A stretch of 63,700 nt of DNA, filler included, from Octopus bimaculoides (Eukaryota): the NCBI RefSeq assembly GCF_001194135.2. It is 7 parts of 6 records of this genome, joined end to end, with 100 filler letters (N's around TTAATTAATTAA, not from the genome) between each part and the next. Parts side by side here need not be neighbours in the genome. Positions count along the whole stretch, not along the records: positions 62,131 to 63,700 come from NW_026344511.1; 6 more parts are not named here. One strand, given 5' to 3'. The translations under genes were made by a program, and so were the position numbers. Below, piece after piece: positions 62,031 through 63,700 of the stretch (position 1 is its first letter; each line of letters starts with the position of its first letter). The notes below the pieces were generated by a model. The model was not told the origin of the DNA. It worked only from the letters and a program-made list of their open reading frames with translations, and searched no databases.

Positions 62031-63700
62031 NNNNNNNNNNNNNNNNNNNNNNNNNNNNNNNNNNNNNNNNNNNNTTAATTAATTAANNNNNNNNNNNNNN
62101 NNNNNNNNNNNNNNNNNNNNNNNNNNNNNNTCCCAGTTGGGTACTTTTAATCCCCAAAAATATTCCTGTTGAAGATAGAAAAATAAGAAATTACCTGAAG
62201 AACATTAACAATAATATAAAAGTTGTGAATTGTAGGTTGTTATAAATAAAACAAAGAAACTNNNNNNNNNNNNNNNNNNNNNNNNNNNNNNNNNNNNNNN
62301 NNNNNNNNNNNNNNNNNNNNNNNNNNNNNNNNNNNNNNNNNNNNNNNNNNNNNNNNNNNNNNNNNNNNNNNNNNNNNNNNNNNNNNNNNNNNNNNNNNNN
62401 NNNNNNNNNNNNNNNNNNNNNNNNNNNNNNNNNNNNNNNNNNNNNNNNCAGATGTCAGAAGTGTTTGGTTAATCAAAAGTGTATCAGAACCTAAACAGGC
62501 AACATCAACTACAAACAGACACACCACTTGGTCCATCCATCCATTCATTTTNNNNNNNNNNNNNNNNNNNNNNNNNNNNNNNNNNNNNNNNNNNNNNNNN
62601 NNNNNNNNNNNNNNNNNNNNNNNNNNNNNNNNNNNNNNNNNNNNNNNNNNNNNNNNNNNNNNNNNNNNNNNNNNNNNNNNNNNNNNNNNNNNNNNNNNNN
62701 NNNNNNNNNNAAGCTTGCTATCCTTTTTTGTAAAATTCTAATCACATGTCCATCATACTATAAATGTGTACTCTCAATGCGGAGAGGAAGTGACTTGACA
62801 TATTCATTGCTTGAAATAAATCATTTGTGAGTGTGACACCTCTTCTGCTCTGACTAATTAATATAAACTGTTAAGTAAACAACACAAATTATGGAAGACA
62901 CCGTCTNNNNNNNNNNNNNNNNNNNNNNNNNNNNNNNNNNNNNNNNNNNNNNNNNNNNNNNNNGGCACATAATGACGATTTCTTTCACTGGATCAAAGCC
63001 ACAATTTATAAAGAGGTCGAAGGAAAGTAGACAGAACTTATTAAACACCTACACCATTCACCTACGGACAATTAAGCCCTACATGTGAGTGAAGTGTGAT
63101 CCACATCCAGATGGACACTGGACAGTGGAGAAGCTACAGGTCACTCGAACTACATTTTGTCATCTTAAAAAGGACCATTTAATTATGTAGTCCTATGCTC
63201 CCAAGTAAAAGANNNNNNNNNNNNNNNNNNNNNNNNNNNNNNNNNNNNNNNNNNNNNNNNNNNNNNNNNNNNTTAACACAGATATTTGATTAAACAACAA
63301 CGATAAGAAGTGATATGGTTCTCTTGAGTGTCCTCCATTAAGATTCGTCTTTATATTGAAGCAACTACATGTGGTAAGAAATCATTTCAATATGGTGATT
63401 TCAACTGGAATTAATTATCAGCTTTCTACACNNNNNNNNNNAACTGGAATTAATTATCAGCTTTCTACACAAGAACCTAGAATGGTTTTCACCAGAAATC
63501 CAAGGTTGTTGATTCCCATCAAGTTTGGTGAATCGATTCTCTTTCTGAGAATAATCCACAACCATTCATTTTTATGGTNNNNNNNNNNGAATCGATTCTC
63601 TTTCTGAGAATAATCCACAACCATTCATTTTTATGGTATTCCTTGGTAGAAACAACTTGAAAACAACAAAGAGATGTGCATAGTTCAATAATGCCTTCAG

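Noticed and set aside
63403-63637. Direct repeats on either side of 10-N gaps (about 29 bp and 49 bp)
   Set aside because: Identical overlaps flanking tiny gaps are typical unmerged contig overlaps.

Overview
Repeat-rich, gene-poor eukaryotic (animal) genomic scaffold with many N gaps. The SINE, LINE and microsatellite content looks like an octopus/coleoid cephalopod genome (inference, not verified). The only convincing protein-coding signal is a + strand gene fragment made of two tandem copies of a two-exon module (1563-1654 + 1861-1951 and 7709-7800 + 7944-8034). Each copy encodes a 61-aa, 6-cysteine unit that I cannot assign to a family. The rest is decayed mobile DNA: three tRNA-derived SINE families, R4/Dong-like RLE-LINE fragments sitting in (AAT)n or (TACA)n arrays, mariner/Tc1/pogo remnants, Helitrons (one with both ends intact), and a Penelope-like fragment. 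The most unusual feature is a palindromic element present twice (5272-5804 and 56482-57096). Each arm has a tRNA-like Pol III head and a minimal type-I hammerhead ribozyme motif, and the second copy is flanked by a 13-bp target-site duplication. Almost all ORFs in the supplied track are microsatellite, gap or transposon artefacts.
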